From contig JBITNC010000001.1 in assembly GCA_050084985.1 (NCBI GenBank), positions 141,918,001 to 141,982,000 on the forward strand: a stretch of 64,000 bases of DNA, written 5' to 3'. Position numbers and translations under genes: made by a program. The notes beneath the pieces are model-generated. The model worked only from the letters and a program-made list of their open reading frames with translations. It searched no databases and was not told where the DNA came from. The stretch is from Nageia nagi (lineage: Eukaryota; Plantae; Pinophyta). This document shows, one piece after another, positions 38,693 to 52,554 of this stretch; positions within the stretch are counted from its first letter, which is position 1, and every line of letters begins with the position of its first letter.

Positions 38693-41610
38693 TTATTTTT
38701 CTATATTTACTATGAGGGGGACTATCTTAGCCTCATATTTCTCTAAGTTTCCACCCAACTTGTCCATTGTCATTATTGAATGTGCTCTTTGGTCATAAGA
38801 AAGGTATTTATCCATATAATATTGAATTATAGTTGGCTCTAGTTTTTTCTCCATAGCTGTAACTTGAATTGAAATAATTTCCATTTACATTACTCCATAT
38901 TTATTTAAATTGGTCATCACCTAGACTTGATGCTTTGGTAGTTTTGGTTTCTCTATAATTTTCTTCAACCAATCAAATATCTTTGTTTTTTTTGCAAATA
39001 TAGTTTTTATGTCTCCTATGTTTTTTTGGTGTATAATCAACTATTTTATGGGGACCAAAAGCTCTAATTTCTTCTCAAAAGAACTTCTCATTATGAACTT
39101 CCATGGATCTTCTACTACTTTCTTTATATGCAAGGTTTATTATTTTGGTCCTTGGTTGGTGTCTTGATCCATTGAATGAGTAGAGTCTTCATATTCCTTT
39201 GCTCCTTGACTTTCATCTACTGCATCCTCTTTATTTTGCTCTTATATATTTCTAGGATTCATGGTCTCTTTGTTCTTATGTTGTTCTTGTGTGGTTTTTG
39301 GTTCAAAAATTGCTAGTTCCAAAATTTGTAACCAAGCTAGTAAAGGTACACTAATTTTCATGACCTCTTGGGTTCAGCCTTAATTAGAAGTTTAGGATAG
39401 GTTCTTTGGAAGTTTTACCATCATCTTTGTAGGTATTTATAGGGCTAACTCTTGTATCATTTTTCAGATTTGGCTTCTTTGTCTTTGACTTCCTCTACCC
39501 TTTCCTATTAGATCCTCTGGGTTTCTTAGTTCAAGGTTTTAGAAATTCATTATTTGATTATTATTTTGTATTATTTATCCATAAAGGCTTTTTTATTTGT
39601 CTCTTTACCTTCTTCATGAGTAAGAATATCTCTCTTTGATGTTCCCGTCATTGATTTCTACTTCTTAGCAATAGCCTGCTCTTCCACTTATTCTTCTTCA
39701 TTTTCAACATCCTCATGAATTTTACTTAGCATAATATCATCCATTAGGTTTGAATCATATGTTACAACCTATACTTCATCTCTAGAAAATATATCATATT
39801 TGATAAATTCTAGATTCATTGAGGTACATACTTCATATCTGAAGTGAGTAAAATAGTGTTTTTGGGTAGAAGTCCACCCAAGTTCTTCTAATTGTTCTTG
39901 CATAACTTGAGAAATAACAAAATCATTTCTTTTATTATTCCATTATTTATTCTACAAATACTCTTACAAGTTAATCCATGGTTTGAATACTGGGTTGAAT
40001 TCAAACTCTTTAGTCATTTCTACTTGTTCATATATCATATTTATGAATTGCTCTAAATATGGCCTCACCTTATGTTTGAATCGATGGGGTTTAGTATTGT
40101 TCCTGACTATCAGTGTAATTATGCCAAGTCCATCATAACAAGGCTAGGTGATTTCCATTATTTACAACTAGAATTATTTAACTAAATATTATTTTATTCT
40201 CTTGTATGCCTGAACCATTATCTTTAGAATTGCTAATAATACTATGCAAGGATACTTTACAAATCCTTTCAAATGCCTAGTAGCTTACCAAAGTGCTTCT
40301 TGTTCATCAATTTACCTTGCATATTTTAGTACACATATCTACTTCATGGCATATTTAGGAAAGATTAATGGGATGTATAAAAATTGGTATATCAAAATGA
40401 TAGTTTTATTCTTCATGAAGTACCAATCCCTATCTCTAATCCTTTGGCTTGAAGAAAAAATTTCCATTTTCTTTTAATCCTTTGGGGTAATGCTTCAACT
40501 AACATTTTCTATGTTGGAGAAAATATGAATTCATAGTATAAAATATTATTATTCTTCCTCAACATCTGACATATGAGGTCTATACCTTTTCTAGGTGTTA
40601 CAAGATTTACTATCACTTTTGTAGATATAAAGGGATTTTAGTATAATGTTAGGCACACCAGGTACCTTGAGTACCTAAATTATTCTCTCTTGTTAAGCCT
40701 TCATGGTTGATAATAAATTCCATCTAAAATAAGCTTATCCTAATCAAAATAAGAAATTTCTAGCTTTATCACATGGGTAAGCAAGATCATAGCTTGGTCT
40801 ACCCAAATTTTTAACTCTTTTCCCATTACAATAGCTAATACCACCAATACCTCTTGAGTTCTTAGATACATAAAATTAGTAATTACTAGGTTTTCTGGGA
40901 TTAACTTCAATATTTTTTTGTACTAATCCCATAGAAATGCCATGATTAAATTGTATTCAATTGTGAAACACCTGTTCCTTTCACCCTTTAGGTCAACTCT
41001 TCTCAAATATTTATTTGTATGGATTGTTGCTACATAGAAGGATTCATTGATGGCTTATAGGAGTAGTTGATGAAGAGCTTATCACCATGTGAAGAATATC
41101 CCAAAATGTGAGTTGTATTTATTCTCATCCTTTCTCCCATTAATTCTAAGAGCTTTAGGTAATGGAAATTTTGGAATGGCACTTAGTATACCAATCATTA
41201 ATGTATAAGAGAAAAAGAATACATCCTAAGAGATGCTCTCATATTCCCATACACCATAGAGTATGGATTTCTTGGGTCCTTCTTCCAAGTATATGATTTT
41301 TCTCTTTTATAATTTTCCATCCTAGTTAGGCCATCAAATAGGTCTTTATCTCTGTGATGGGTATGTTCTTTCTATACTTCAATAATATGTCTTATTCATT
41401 TGCATGTTTGACTATATTGCATCATATATTCTTCTTGATTTTGTATTCCTACATTACCTTCACTTTTTATGACTTTTGGATGCTCTATATACATTCCTTC
41501 TACTAAAATTCTTTGATGATTTTTAAAGAATACTTTGGCTCTCGAATCTTGGCTTGTAGTTATTTGAATTCTTAATCTCTCAAAAAAATTAGGCACCAAT
41601 AAGCTCAAGA
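38693..41610 (-). pseudogene. Additional long ORF downstream of pol in the Tat-type element
   Basis: About 2.9 kb of decayed coding-like sequence on the pol strand: a hydrophobic/aromatic N-terminal half (e.g. FRYSRYLVCLTLY), an acidic low-complexity middle and a coiled-coil-like end (MEKKLEP...LEKYEAKI). Confidence 0.6.
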
Positions 41611-41881
41611 TGGCTATTTTTTTGGCTTATTACCACTAACAGCTATTTTTTAGGCTTATCAATTCTAATATTTTTCAATCTGATGACACATGATGGTATG
41701 AAGAGTCAAGATCTTTTTATTGGATAGGGATTCTATCAATAATTAGTTTATAACATTTGGCACATAAAATAAAATATTACATATACAATTTGAATTAATC
41801 CTACTTGTTAATCCTATAACATGCCTATTTATAATAATATTATACAATTGTACATGCACCAGTTGATGCTTTAATTTATAT

Positions 41882-44800
41882 GATAATATTTTTGGTGGAT
41901 CCCATTGACTAGGATTGGTAGCTCCTAAAGTTCAAAATGTTTTATTAGCTTGAATACATTATTTTGCATAGCACAAGTAATCACATAGGGCCCATACCAA
42001 TAGGAATCAATTTTTTGGTATTTTTTGGGTTTTACTCTATCTTCATCCCATTCCAATACAAGGTCACCAACTTTAAAAGACATCTAGGATGATTTCTTCT
42101 TATCAAACCACTTATTTACTAACTTTTATATGTGTTGAAATGGTTTATAATTATTCTCCCAATATTCTTCTAACTATAATAGCTAATTAAACCATACTTG
42201 AAATGGCTTCAAATTTGGATCCTCTAATTATTTTAATAGTTGTATGGAAGGAAACTCCAAATAGATAGGTAATGCAATTCCTCTACCATATACTAGTGCA
42301 TAAGGGGATGTTTTGATTGCAACCTTCATACTAATTCTATCTTCCCATAGTGCTAGATACAACTTATTATGCTATTACCTTTGATTTACTTCTATAATCC
42401 TTTTGACAATCCTTATGAGATTCTTGTTAGTGTATTTACCTAGACCATTTCCTTGAAGATAATAATTTGAATATGCTCTCCAATATATGCCACATTGAGA
42501 TACAAATTCTAAAATAATTTCTCCTAAAAAGGTTGGGCCATTATCTGAGATAATTATTTAAGGAATTTTGAATCTAGTAATCAGTCTCTACAATAAACTT
42601 ATCATATATTATTGATCAACATTTTTACATGGCATTTCCTTAGCCTGTCTTGTAAAATAATGTGTAGTTATGAGGATGAATTTCTATTTGATAGAAGAAT
42701 TTGGGTTGATGATCGTAATGAAATGTATTCCCTTTTTCTTAAATGGTTCTTCCATAACTATTGGGTTCAAAGGTATTGTTACCTTTCTTATTCTACCAAC
42801 AAATCTATTGCATTTTTCACATTCTTAGGAGACCTTGAATGAATATTGAAATATAGTCATCCAGTAATAGCCAGCTTGCAAAATATTTGTAGTTATTATC
42901 TATCCAAATAAATAACCTCTAGAAAATCCATAGTAAAATTCATGTAATATTCTTTGAGATTCATCCTAAGAAACACATATCAATAGGGTACCATCAAAGT
43001 TTTTTTAATACTAGTCATCTATCATCATATAATTTAGTTCTTGAAATTTAAATATCCTTTCTAGTGATTTTTCCATAGTTTTTAGGCATTTACTAATTCT
43101 AATTAGATACATAATTATCTAATCCAATTAGTTTATAAGTTTTATTGTAGCATAGATTCTTCAATGATTACCATAACTTGGGCATCCATAGCTATGTTTT
43201 CACATAGATATCTTCCATTGACCAATGTGGTTGGCTTAATTTCAACATCAAATACTAAAATTCTAGTAGTCCATCCAGTTTTTCCTTATTCTAGTTCTCC
43301 TTGTATTATATAGCTTCTAACATCATAGTGAATAGGATACACAAAGATCTTACTTTGAGTTACATAAATTTAAATTTCTCAAGACTCTTTATAATCATAA
43401 AGACTTATTTTTGTATAATTATTTACCTTTTTTAGTGTTCATGCAGTATTTGGTTATGAAAATAAATAGGATATTTTTCTTGCTTATCATCCTTCTTTTC
43501 AAGTACTATTGCTAATATTTTGTTAGCGTCATATGCATACATGATGAAATCCTTAAAAAATCTAGATTCTTCAATACTGGTGCTTTGATAATAGCCTTCA
43601 TAATGTTATGAAAAGCTTATTTTTATTCTTTAGACCAAAAGAATCATACATCTTTCTTTAACATTACATTGATAGGTGCAATAATTCCTAAGAAGTCACT
43701 TATGAACTTTCTAGAAAAATTGATTTATTGTAAAAATGATTGCAGAGATTTCTTATTATATGGCAAAGGAATTTTTTCTATTGCTTTAATCCTTCTTTAG
43801 ATATAACATGCCCTAGCAATTTTCTTTGATTTAAATCAAAATTAACTTTTTTGGATTTATTGATATCCTATAGTATTTGCTTTTTTCAAATATGTTCCAG
43901 AGATGATCAACATGATCACTTTGAGATTTAGAGAACACAACATGATATCATATAAATAAACTAAATTAATTTTTCTTATCAACTCACCAAATGCATGATC
44001 CATTGCTCTTTAGAAAATTGCTCCAACATTAAATAGTTCAAATGATATTATTTGAAAGGAAAAATTACCCATTTGGTGGTAAATGTTATTTTGTATTAAT
44101 CTTCATCTTTGATGAATATCTTATTGAAACTATAAAATCAATCAATCATTGAAAATCAACATGCTCCAGAAACTATTTACAAGATTTATTCCATAGTAGT
44201 AAGAGGATAATTATCTTTGAGAGATATTTGATTTAGATTTTGAAAATCAACACATAGTCTAATTTCTCTATTCTTCTTCCTGATTGGGACCAAATTAGCA
44301 ACCCAAGTTGAATGCTTGATTGGATAAATGATTTTTCATCAAGCAACTTTAAAAGTTCCTATTTCATAGCTATTTCTATCTTTATGTTAATTGGTCTTTT
44401 CTTTTTCATGTATGGTTTAGAACCTATAACTAGTCCTATTATATGTTGAACGAAATTTTTTTCATAGGTATTAAGATCATCATATTTCCATGCAATAATT
44501 TCAATAAATTATTTCCATAATTGTAGTACTAAATATTATTTTTTATATGTACATTCTAAACCAATTTTGATTCTCTTTCTAGTACCAATCTTCTTTGTGG
44601 GATTGCTTTTATAAGGGTAATATTATTGCTATGTATAAGTCATCCAAGTAAAATACGATTTCAAAAGATATCAACCCTTTAGGAATGAAATTATTTTTGA
44701 GCTAGATAATATCTAACTCTTAGAAGTATTCTAGAAAATCTTGATCTCTAACCATATGATTCATAGTTTCATTAATAATAAAGTTGAGGACTTGGTTATT

Positions 44801-45800
44801 AGAGTCAAAAACTTGCTAATAATTTTCCATGTCTACTATTGAAGGTTTGTTAATTACCTTGACTCCTCTAGCACATCTGATATAGTGAGGATGATTAAAT
44901 ATTTCCCCTTTTCTAGCTAAAATATAAATAATTTGATTATACTTCATAAGAATAGCTATGAAGTTTAAAGCAATAAAGGATTCCATTAAATCCCATACTC
45001 TATTCCTATAGGAATTGAGGTAATGATGCTTTACACTACATTTGTTTATGACTTGTTTGATTATAAGTTCAAAATCATCATATATTTATAAACATCTTAT
45101 TCCCATTTTGGTAGCTTGATTCATTCCAAGGTAAATATCTTCGTATTTTGTTGCATTATTAATGCAAGCCCAAGTCACTCTATAAGAAAATATTTTATAA
45201 CCTCCTTTGGGATTTTTAAACACTATACTAGCTCCAAGTCCATACTTACATCTTGCACCATCAAAATACAAACTCCAAATCTTTTTCTCTTTTTCCTGAT
45301 ATATAGAAATAATTTGATATTTTTCATGAAAATAATAGTTTCCAATCATAGCATCAGTCATTATGTAGCTAATATCCTTAGGGGAAATAATTTCAATAGT
45401 AATTAAAGCTTCCCTGACTAAATCTACTTGGATAATTTCTATAGTATCTGACACATTCATTGAGTTGTTCTCATGTATTCTTTTATGGTGAATAAGGGTT
45501 GTTAATTAGGAATATTGAATCTATTATTTTCAAATGGGATCTCTAAATGTGTATAATCTAGATATAGGAATCCTCCTAGTTTGGCAATGATATTTATAGA
45601 AAAATAGAGGCTAAATAGAGGAGGTAAATCCACAACAATGATATCCTAAGGGATTGAGATTTGGGAAATATGATTTCAATCCATATTCTTTTATTTAACA
45701 TATTCAACCATATCTACATGTATTGAGTCCAGCTACAAGACACCTTCTTCACACCTAGTATAATACAAGTTCATTTCTTTAGCTATGGCTTTAGGCATTA
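41882..45800 (-). pseudogene. pol of the Tat-type element: protease C-terminus, archaeal-type RNase H, RT, RNase H, integrase
   Basis: aRH WSLYFDGA...NNATKYE at about 44900-45290. RT WVANLVPIRKKNREIRLCVDF..LN..KDNYPL at about 43750-44400. Integrase IISDNGPTF, YLQGNGL, WYGPYVI, ending LVNGIHQKYY. Confidence 0.92.
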
Positions 45801-46149
45801 CTATTTTTTTTATTAGAACTAGCGAGAAAATTTTATATTAATCAAAAAATAAAACCAAGTTTTTAAAGGACATCAAAAACCTTTTACATATAAAATAAAT
45901 AACTGTCAAAGAGTTTACCCTGATCATAAACAAAAAGAGTATCGAAGTAATCAACAACAAAATTATTTGAGGTACATATTATATAGACCAAGAGAGATAG
46001 AATTATGAAATAGCTATTAGTTTGTCAGGTCCTCAAAAAGTTGATTGAAAATAAAATAAAGTTATGTGTGTAAATAATCTTAATCCCACTATTCATGGTT
46101 AGCTAAATAACCCTTTAGAAAAAATGAAGCTCATTCCCTTGATAGCTAT

Positions 46150-48065
46150 GGGTGGTGTAAATATAGGAGTAAGCCTAATATTTTTCTTTCTAATTTTGTA
46201 TATTGAAAATCATCCTTGATTTGTAGTGCATCCGACATGTGGTTTTATCTTCTAGAGTGGCATAACCTTGAAATATATCCTTTTATTAAACTTGGGCCTA
46301 ACATTCTATCAGACTCTATTGAAGGTCTAATACCAGTAGTTTCAAGTTCTCCTATCATTAGGATGAAAGATATCCTTGACAAATTTCATCTTTAGCTTTT
46401 AATAGTTATTTTTTATAGAACTTGATGTAGATATTTCTCCACATTTTCCTATTATGAATCAACCACTTATTCAAAGCTTCTATTCCATGCATGTAGTGGT
46501 AAATGGGTAGGGATTCAAAAAGAAAATTAGGGCTTCCTCTATATCTCTTTGCTTCCCCAAGCATACTGTTATGAATGTAAATATTCTCATACAATATGAT
46601 AGCTTGGAGTTGGAATTTCTTGGACTTATTAGGAGTTGATTAGTAAGGTTTTTCCTTATGAATTATGTTTTAAGGAGATGGGATACTTGGTTCTTGGTTG
46701 ATACAAGGGTAGGTGATATATAGGATAATCTCTCCTATCAAACTATGCACATCCTAATCTATATTAACATCAAAGCCCCTAAACTCATCAACAATGGGCA
46801 AAAATTGAGTAGAATATTTCCTTTTAACCCTTTTAGAATAAGTATACAACTTAGTTTCAATGGGATGCTAATGCAAATAGGTAGGGGTATTAGTATTGGT
46901 TTCATTATCCATGGGGATTGGAATAGAAGTGTTAAATTCTCCAAAATTTTGACTAGATTGACCCTATTTAGTAGTAGGGCTATCATTGACAAGAATGGGG
47001 GTGGGGACCAACTTACCTTTGCCTTTGTATATCATGGCCATTGATTAGGTCCTTCTTCTAGTAACTATTTGAAACCTTCTTTCTTCATTTTGGGGGTAAT
47101 TTTTATGTTCTTGTTTGGCCTTTAAGTCTATATTTTCCTACATCACCTCTTGAGTCCCTTCCTCTACATGGATAACTTGAGGGTATGGTTGTCTATGCCT
47201 GAGCCATCGAAATTAGATTAGGCCTTCATCCTTATCTTTTTCACTTTGAGGGCATTTATTTTGAGGGCCTATATTACACACATTAACTTCATTTTATTGT
47301 TGCTATATTTGGATCTGAGCGATGTCCTCTTGATTTTGTTCCAAAATGGGCTTTCATGCATGCCTTCAGTCCTAGCCCTAGTTCATCACCAATCTAGTTC
47401 ATCTTGTTGAATTTGTTTTTGAGGGGCTTGATCTCTAATTTGAGGCTACTATTGCACATATTAGGCTAGTTTATGCTGGTATACCAAGAGCATAACCCAT
47501 TGATATAGGGAAAATAATTAAGTTTAACTCTACACTTAGCTACTAAAACTCCCATAGAAAATTTGATGAATTGGGAAAAATTAAATTGATCTCTCTATGG
47601 TTTGAAGTGATTCATTAGTATAATATGGGTTCTAAATACCTCAATATACCTTCCATCCAACATAATATACTTCATAATGATTTTGAAAACCTTATGCCAA
47701 GGGTAAGGGATTCTTCTTCTATGGAACCTAGTTCTATAGGGGATTAACTCAAAGTTACATCCTTCAAATCTTCTTATTTCCTCTATTTTGCTAGTCTTTG
47801 AGTTTTGGTACACTTCCTTATCCTTGTTAGGCAAACCAATGGATTTCATAATTGTATCCCTATTGAAGATAATTTCCTTCCCATGAATTCTATAGACACC
47901 ATCCTCCTAGGTGCTAATGAGATAGTCTACCATCCTTCTTTTTGCTCCCCTACATGCCTTAATAAAAGTGTTTAAAACCCCCTTGCATATGATTCTCCAA
48001 ACATTAGGGTCTTTTTTAGCTTTGGTTGGGTCATTTAGCTCCATGAAAACTAGGGCACCTCCCAT
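46150..48065 (-). pseudogene. Putative LINE ORF3 (unknown function); 3' boundary approximate
   Basis: MGGALVFMELNDPTKAKKDPNVWRIICKGVLNTFIKAC...IGLPNKD...IPYPWHKVFKIIMKYIMLDGRY...HIILMNHFK. Starts just after ORF2 on the same strand. Confidence 0.7.
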
Positions 48066-48169
48066 AATTCCTAACATCATATTGGATTGTGCTCTATAGA
48101 AGTTAGGTGGAAAAATGGTGATAATTCACTTAAGTCAATGCTTGTGCTTAATAGTCATATCAAACATGT

Positions 48170-51100
48170 GATTTGTTATCTTTTTGTACCCAAATCCATG
48201 ATGATCTATAATCTCTCACTTTCTCCATTTTTTCAAATTTATGGGAGCATCATTACTATCATTAATCTATTTTTCCCTATGATTGCCTTTCCTAATATGA
48301 TTTTCTTGATTATAATTAGACTTTGTATTATAAATATTCTAGGAGTCTTTAGTTTCTATATCCATTATAAAATGATAGATATTAAGTTAAAATTTATGGC
48401 ATTTGTTGGATTTCAAAGTGTTATTTCATGTTCTCCAATAATCTTTAAGTGCTAATCCTGAAAACCTCTTTTGGTTTATTTTGTTGATCTTTGAAAATTC
48501 TTTTATTTCTTTGTTTCCAAATTTTCCACCACATATGGCCAAGAAGCATTAGCCAACATTTTTCATAACCTTTTGCTCTTGTGTGGTCTGACCATTGCAG
48601 TATGCATTATTTGACATCCTTCGGTAGGACCCATTATATCTTCATTTCTTTACATAGCATATCCTATATACTCCTTGAATAATTATAATGAAGAAATATA
48701 TCTTCTATATCTTCATCTTCCTCTTTACAAAGTTCACACCTATTTGTCATATTAAACCCCCTTTTTTTAAAGTTGTCAAAGGTCAACAATCTATTTTTTA
48801 GGCAATTTTTGGTGTAATTTTTGCTTTCCAAATTTTATTCTAGACATCTTCCTCTTTTTTGTTTTCATGATTTTTTGTTAATAGGCCTATAGCTTCTTTG
48901 AATTTGTATTTCCTATCCAATCTAATCTTCCAATTAGGTTTAACTTTTTCCATAGTAATCTAGAAATTAGATTCATTAGCTTCTTTTCTAGATCTCTAAG
49001 CTAATTTGCTACTTTTCCTCTGTGGGGTATATGAATGGTCCATTTATTTGTGTGAGAATAAAAATATTTATCTATTTTATCTCCTTGGTGTTTTAAGTCC
49101 CATTTCACTCCTTATTTGTACTTTATCATATTTATAAGAAGGTTTTCTTTCATCTAAATATCCTCTCACATATATACATGGGTTCCATCTCTTAGATTCC
49201 ACTTTATAGCCCTTTGAACATCTAATCTAGCTATGATGATCCCATTATAGAATGGGGAAATATAGGATGGATTTTAGATTCTGAGCACTATATCTTGACC
49301 CATCATATACTTTTATTTATATATATGTATCTACTCCTCATCTTGTGCTATCTGCCAGACCAATTTGTCTCTTAAAGATTGAATAACATGCTTCATTTTC
49401 CTCATACCAAGGCATCCCTTTCCATTTTCCATACAAATAATATTTCAATTTACCAAAGTTATTTTCCTTTTTTCCTCATCTCCTAACCATAATAATCTAT
49501 TACAAATTCTATCAATCTTATCACAAATGTTTATAAGTAATTTGAATACCATAGCATTATACATTGGGATGCTTTGTAGAACTATTTTAATAAGAATGAG
49601 TTTTCCTACATAGGTTAGGCATTTTTCCTTCCAAATTGTAAGTTTGTTTTGAACTTTTTGAACAAGGGTGTCCCAATAATGAGATTTGAGTTTCCCAACA
49701 TACAAAGGCATGCCTAAATATCTTATTGGGAGTTCACCTACTTAGCAACTCCAAACTCTAGTTACTTGTTTCTTAATTAACTCATAGAAATTTAGTATAT
49801 AAAATTTAGTTTTTTGAATGTTTCTTTTTTATTAGAAGCTCTCTCATAAAGATTTAGGATTTTCTTAAACTTAATAACTTCTTCTCTCTAATCTCTCCCA
49901 ATAAAAAATGTATAATCAACAAATTGATAATGTGTCATTGTAGTACAGTTACAAATAAGGAGAACACCTTTTATTTCATTACTTTGATAGGATTCTTTAA
50001 TATTCCTACCCAAGGCTTCAACCATAATGATAAATAAGTAAGGTGATAGGGGATCCTCTTGCTTGAGTCCTCTTTGGGAACTAAAATAGCCAATCACTTC
50101 TCCATTTATGATAATAAAAAATGTAGGAGATGAGATACATTTTGTGATCCAGCTTCTCCATATGTTTCTAAAGCTAAATTTTGTCAAAACCATATTCAAA
50201 AAAGTCCATCTTACTCTATCATATGCTTTTTCCATATCAATGTTAACTACCATGGTGGGGTTTTTCTTCTTGTGGACCAAATGAAGAACCTTGTGCATAT
50301 AAATTATACCATATTTGATTTGTCTCCCTTAACAAATACATCATGTTCATTAGATATTATATGGTCCATAATTGGTTTTAGTATTTTAGCAATTACTTTG
50401 GTTATTATCTTATAGACCAGATTGCAAAGGCTTACAGGTCTATAATCTTTAAAATCCTTTGCTTCCTAGGTTTTAGGAATTAAGGTTAAGAATGTGTTAT
50501 TCAATTATTGTAGGAGTTTTCCTCTTTTGAAGAACTCTTTTATAGCATACTAGACATCTTTTTCCACTATCTCCAATTGTTTTGGAAAAAAATAGCCAAA
50601 AAGCCATTTGGTCTTGGAGTTTTATTAGGTTCCATAATGAAAATCACCTTTTTGACTTCTTATATAGGTTGTTTCTATAGAGCTTTATTTTGTTGATCAA
50701 TAATAAGTCTTAGAATATTTTGGAAAAAAATTTCCCTATTTTTGGGATTATTCCTTTGATCAATTGTAAGTATACCTTCATAGAAAGTAACTACTTCCTC
50801 TTTTATATCTTATTCTTCTATTTCCATGGTACCATCTATTCTCTTGATTGTATTTATCCTATTATAACTTCTGCATCTAAGGGTGGTTATTTTGGATAAC
50901 TTTGTATTTTTATCACCTTGTTTAAGCCAAACCACTAGATTTTTGCCTCTAAAATGGTTCTTCCTAAGACACAATATTGTAGTAGTCATCTAGCACTAGC
51001 CTCTCCTCTTTATAGGTTAGCCATTCTACCTATCTATATAATCTCATTTTCAATTTCTTCTTTCTTCTCTTTTCATATGATTTTTCTTTTAAAATGTTTA

Positions 51101-51984
51101 ATTTTTTTTAACTTTATTAGGTTCTTCTTAACTTCATCTAGTTTTTTAACAATCTTTAACATTATTGTGCCAACAATCTTGATCTCACAATATGAGAGGC
51201 TATTTTTGAACCCCATGAGACATCCGCATATTTTCAAATTTGAAGGGGGATTTTTTCTTATTACATTTATCCATTATCAACTCTATAGGTATATGATCTG
51301 AGGAAATTCTTGAGAGGGAGTTCAGGATAGAATTTAGGTGCTAATCTAGCTAGTCTTGCATAGTTGCCATTCTATCTAGTCTCCTTAATTTGGATAAAAC
51401 ATTTACCTATTCTTCTACTGGTCCATGTGTATTTATTACCTTTTAGATTAAGGTCTATTAGTTCATTCCCATCCAAAAACTTTCTTCAGCTCTCCATGTT
51501 GGTATTCATATTTATTCCTACCCCATATTTATCTTCTAAATTTAGAGGGGTACTAAAATCTCCCCCAATCAACCAAGGCATATTTTAAAATCTATTTCGA
51601 TGATTTGATGAAAGATTTTAAAACTATTTTCTCCTAGATATAATGTTAGGAGCATATATATTAGAAATGACAAAACTAAAGTTTGTGGAATTACATTTTA
51701 TCTTCATTTATAAGCATCTATTTGAATGGAAAAGAATCCTTTCTACTTCCATATTCACTAGGTCCCACATAATCCATATACTACCCAACTTTCCAACTAC
51801 AGGAATAGCTTCATACTTCACTTCCTTTCATATCCTAGTAACTAGCTTCCTTATTTTTTTCCCTAATTTTGATTTCTTGGATTAGAAGAATATGAGGTTT
51901 CTTATCCCTCCTTAGGTCCCTAGCAATCTTTTGTTTCTTAGGAAGATTGCATCCTCGGATATTCCAACATATGATGTTCATCAT
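48170..51984 (-). pseudogene. LINE ORF2 (APE endonuclease, reverse transcriptase, zf-RVT)
   Basis: MMNIICWNIRGCN, NIYAPN, WLIGGDF, DYRPVSLCN, IDMEKAYDRV.W, RGLKQEDPLSPYLF, QFVDYT, YLGMPL, NRCELCK. Confidence 0.95.
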
Positions 51985-52554
51985 TTTCATTTTCCTCCTC
52001 CACTCTACTCATGAGTGTTTTTCATTTATTTTCCTTTTTTCTTGGTAGATTGGGGTCTTTTTTTTCCATCCTTTGCGAGGTTGCCTATTATTCTCTTTAA
52101 CTTTATATCTTTTATGGTTTGGGGTATTTTTTATTTTTGGTATTTCCTCTTTTTTTTTTCTCTAACCTTCCACTTTAACATCTATTCCATGACATTATTC
52201 ATCCTCTTCTTCTTCTAAAACTTCATCATTCCCCTCATGTGCTTCATTTTCTTCAAAATTATTTCATCTAATTCCTCTCCTTTTAGGTCTATTCTTTGTA
52301 TTAGTATATCTTTATTTCCAATTATCTCATTTGTACCAATGATACCCTCTTCCTCATTGACTTTTATCTTAGATTCAGTTTCTTCTACTTGAAATGGAAT
52401 TATTTATTCTCTTTTATATAATTTTATGTAAAACATCAAACCTATTACCTTTTAGAGGTACTTCTTCATTTTATAAATCTTTCTGTTCATTCATTACCAT
52501 CTCCACTATTGGTTTATCAATGGCTAGTCTTGTGTTCTCTTTTTTCATTCCTTG

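Larger units (their letters stand above)
45801..52554 (-). mobile_element. L1-clade LINE, 5'-truncated in ORF1, with a 3' region of about 2.3 kb holding an extra ORF
   Basis: 11-bp TSD TTTAGGCATTA at 45790-45800 and 52555-52565. T8 (poly-A on the minus strand) at 45804-45811. EN and RT domains lie inside. Confidence 0.92.

Noticed and set aside
48170-48450. RNase H domain at the end of LINE ORF2
   Set aside because: The catalytic motifs (FDG, NxxE, EGDS) are not recognisable; too decayed to call.
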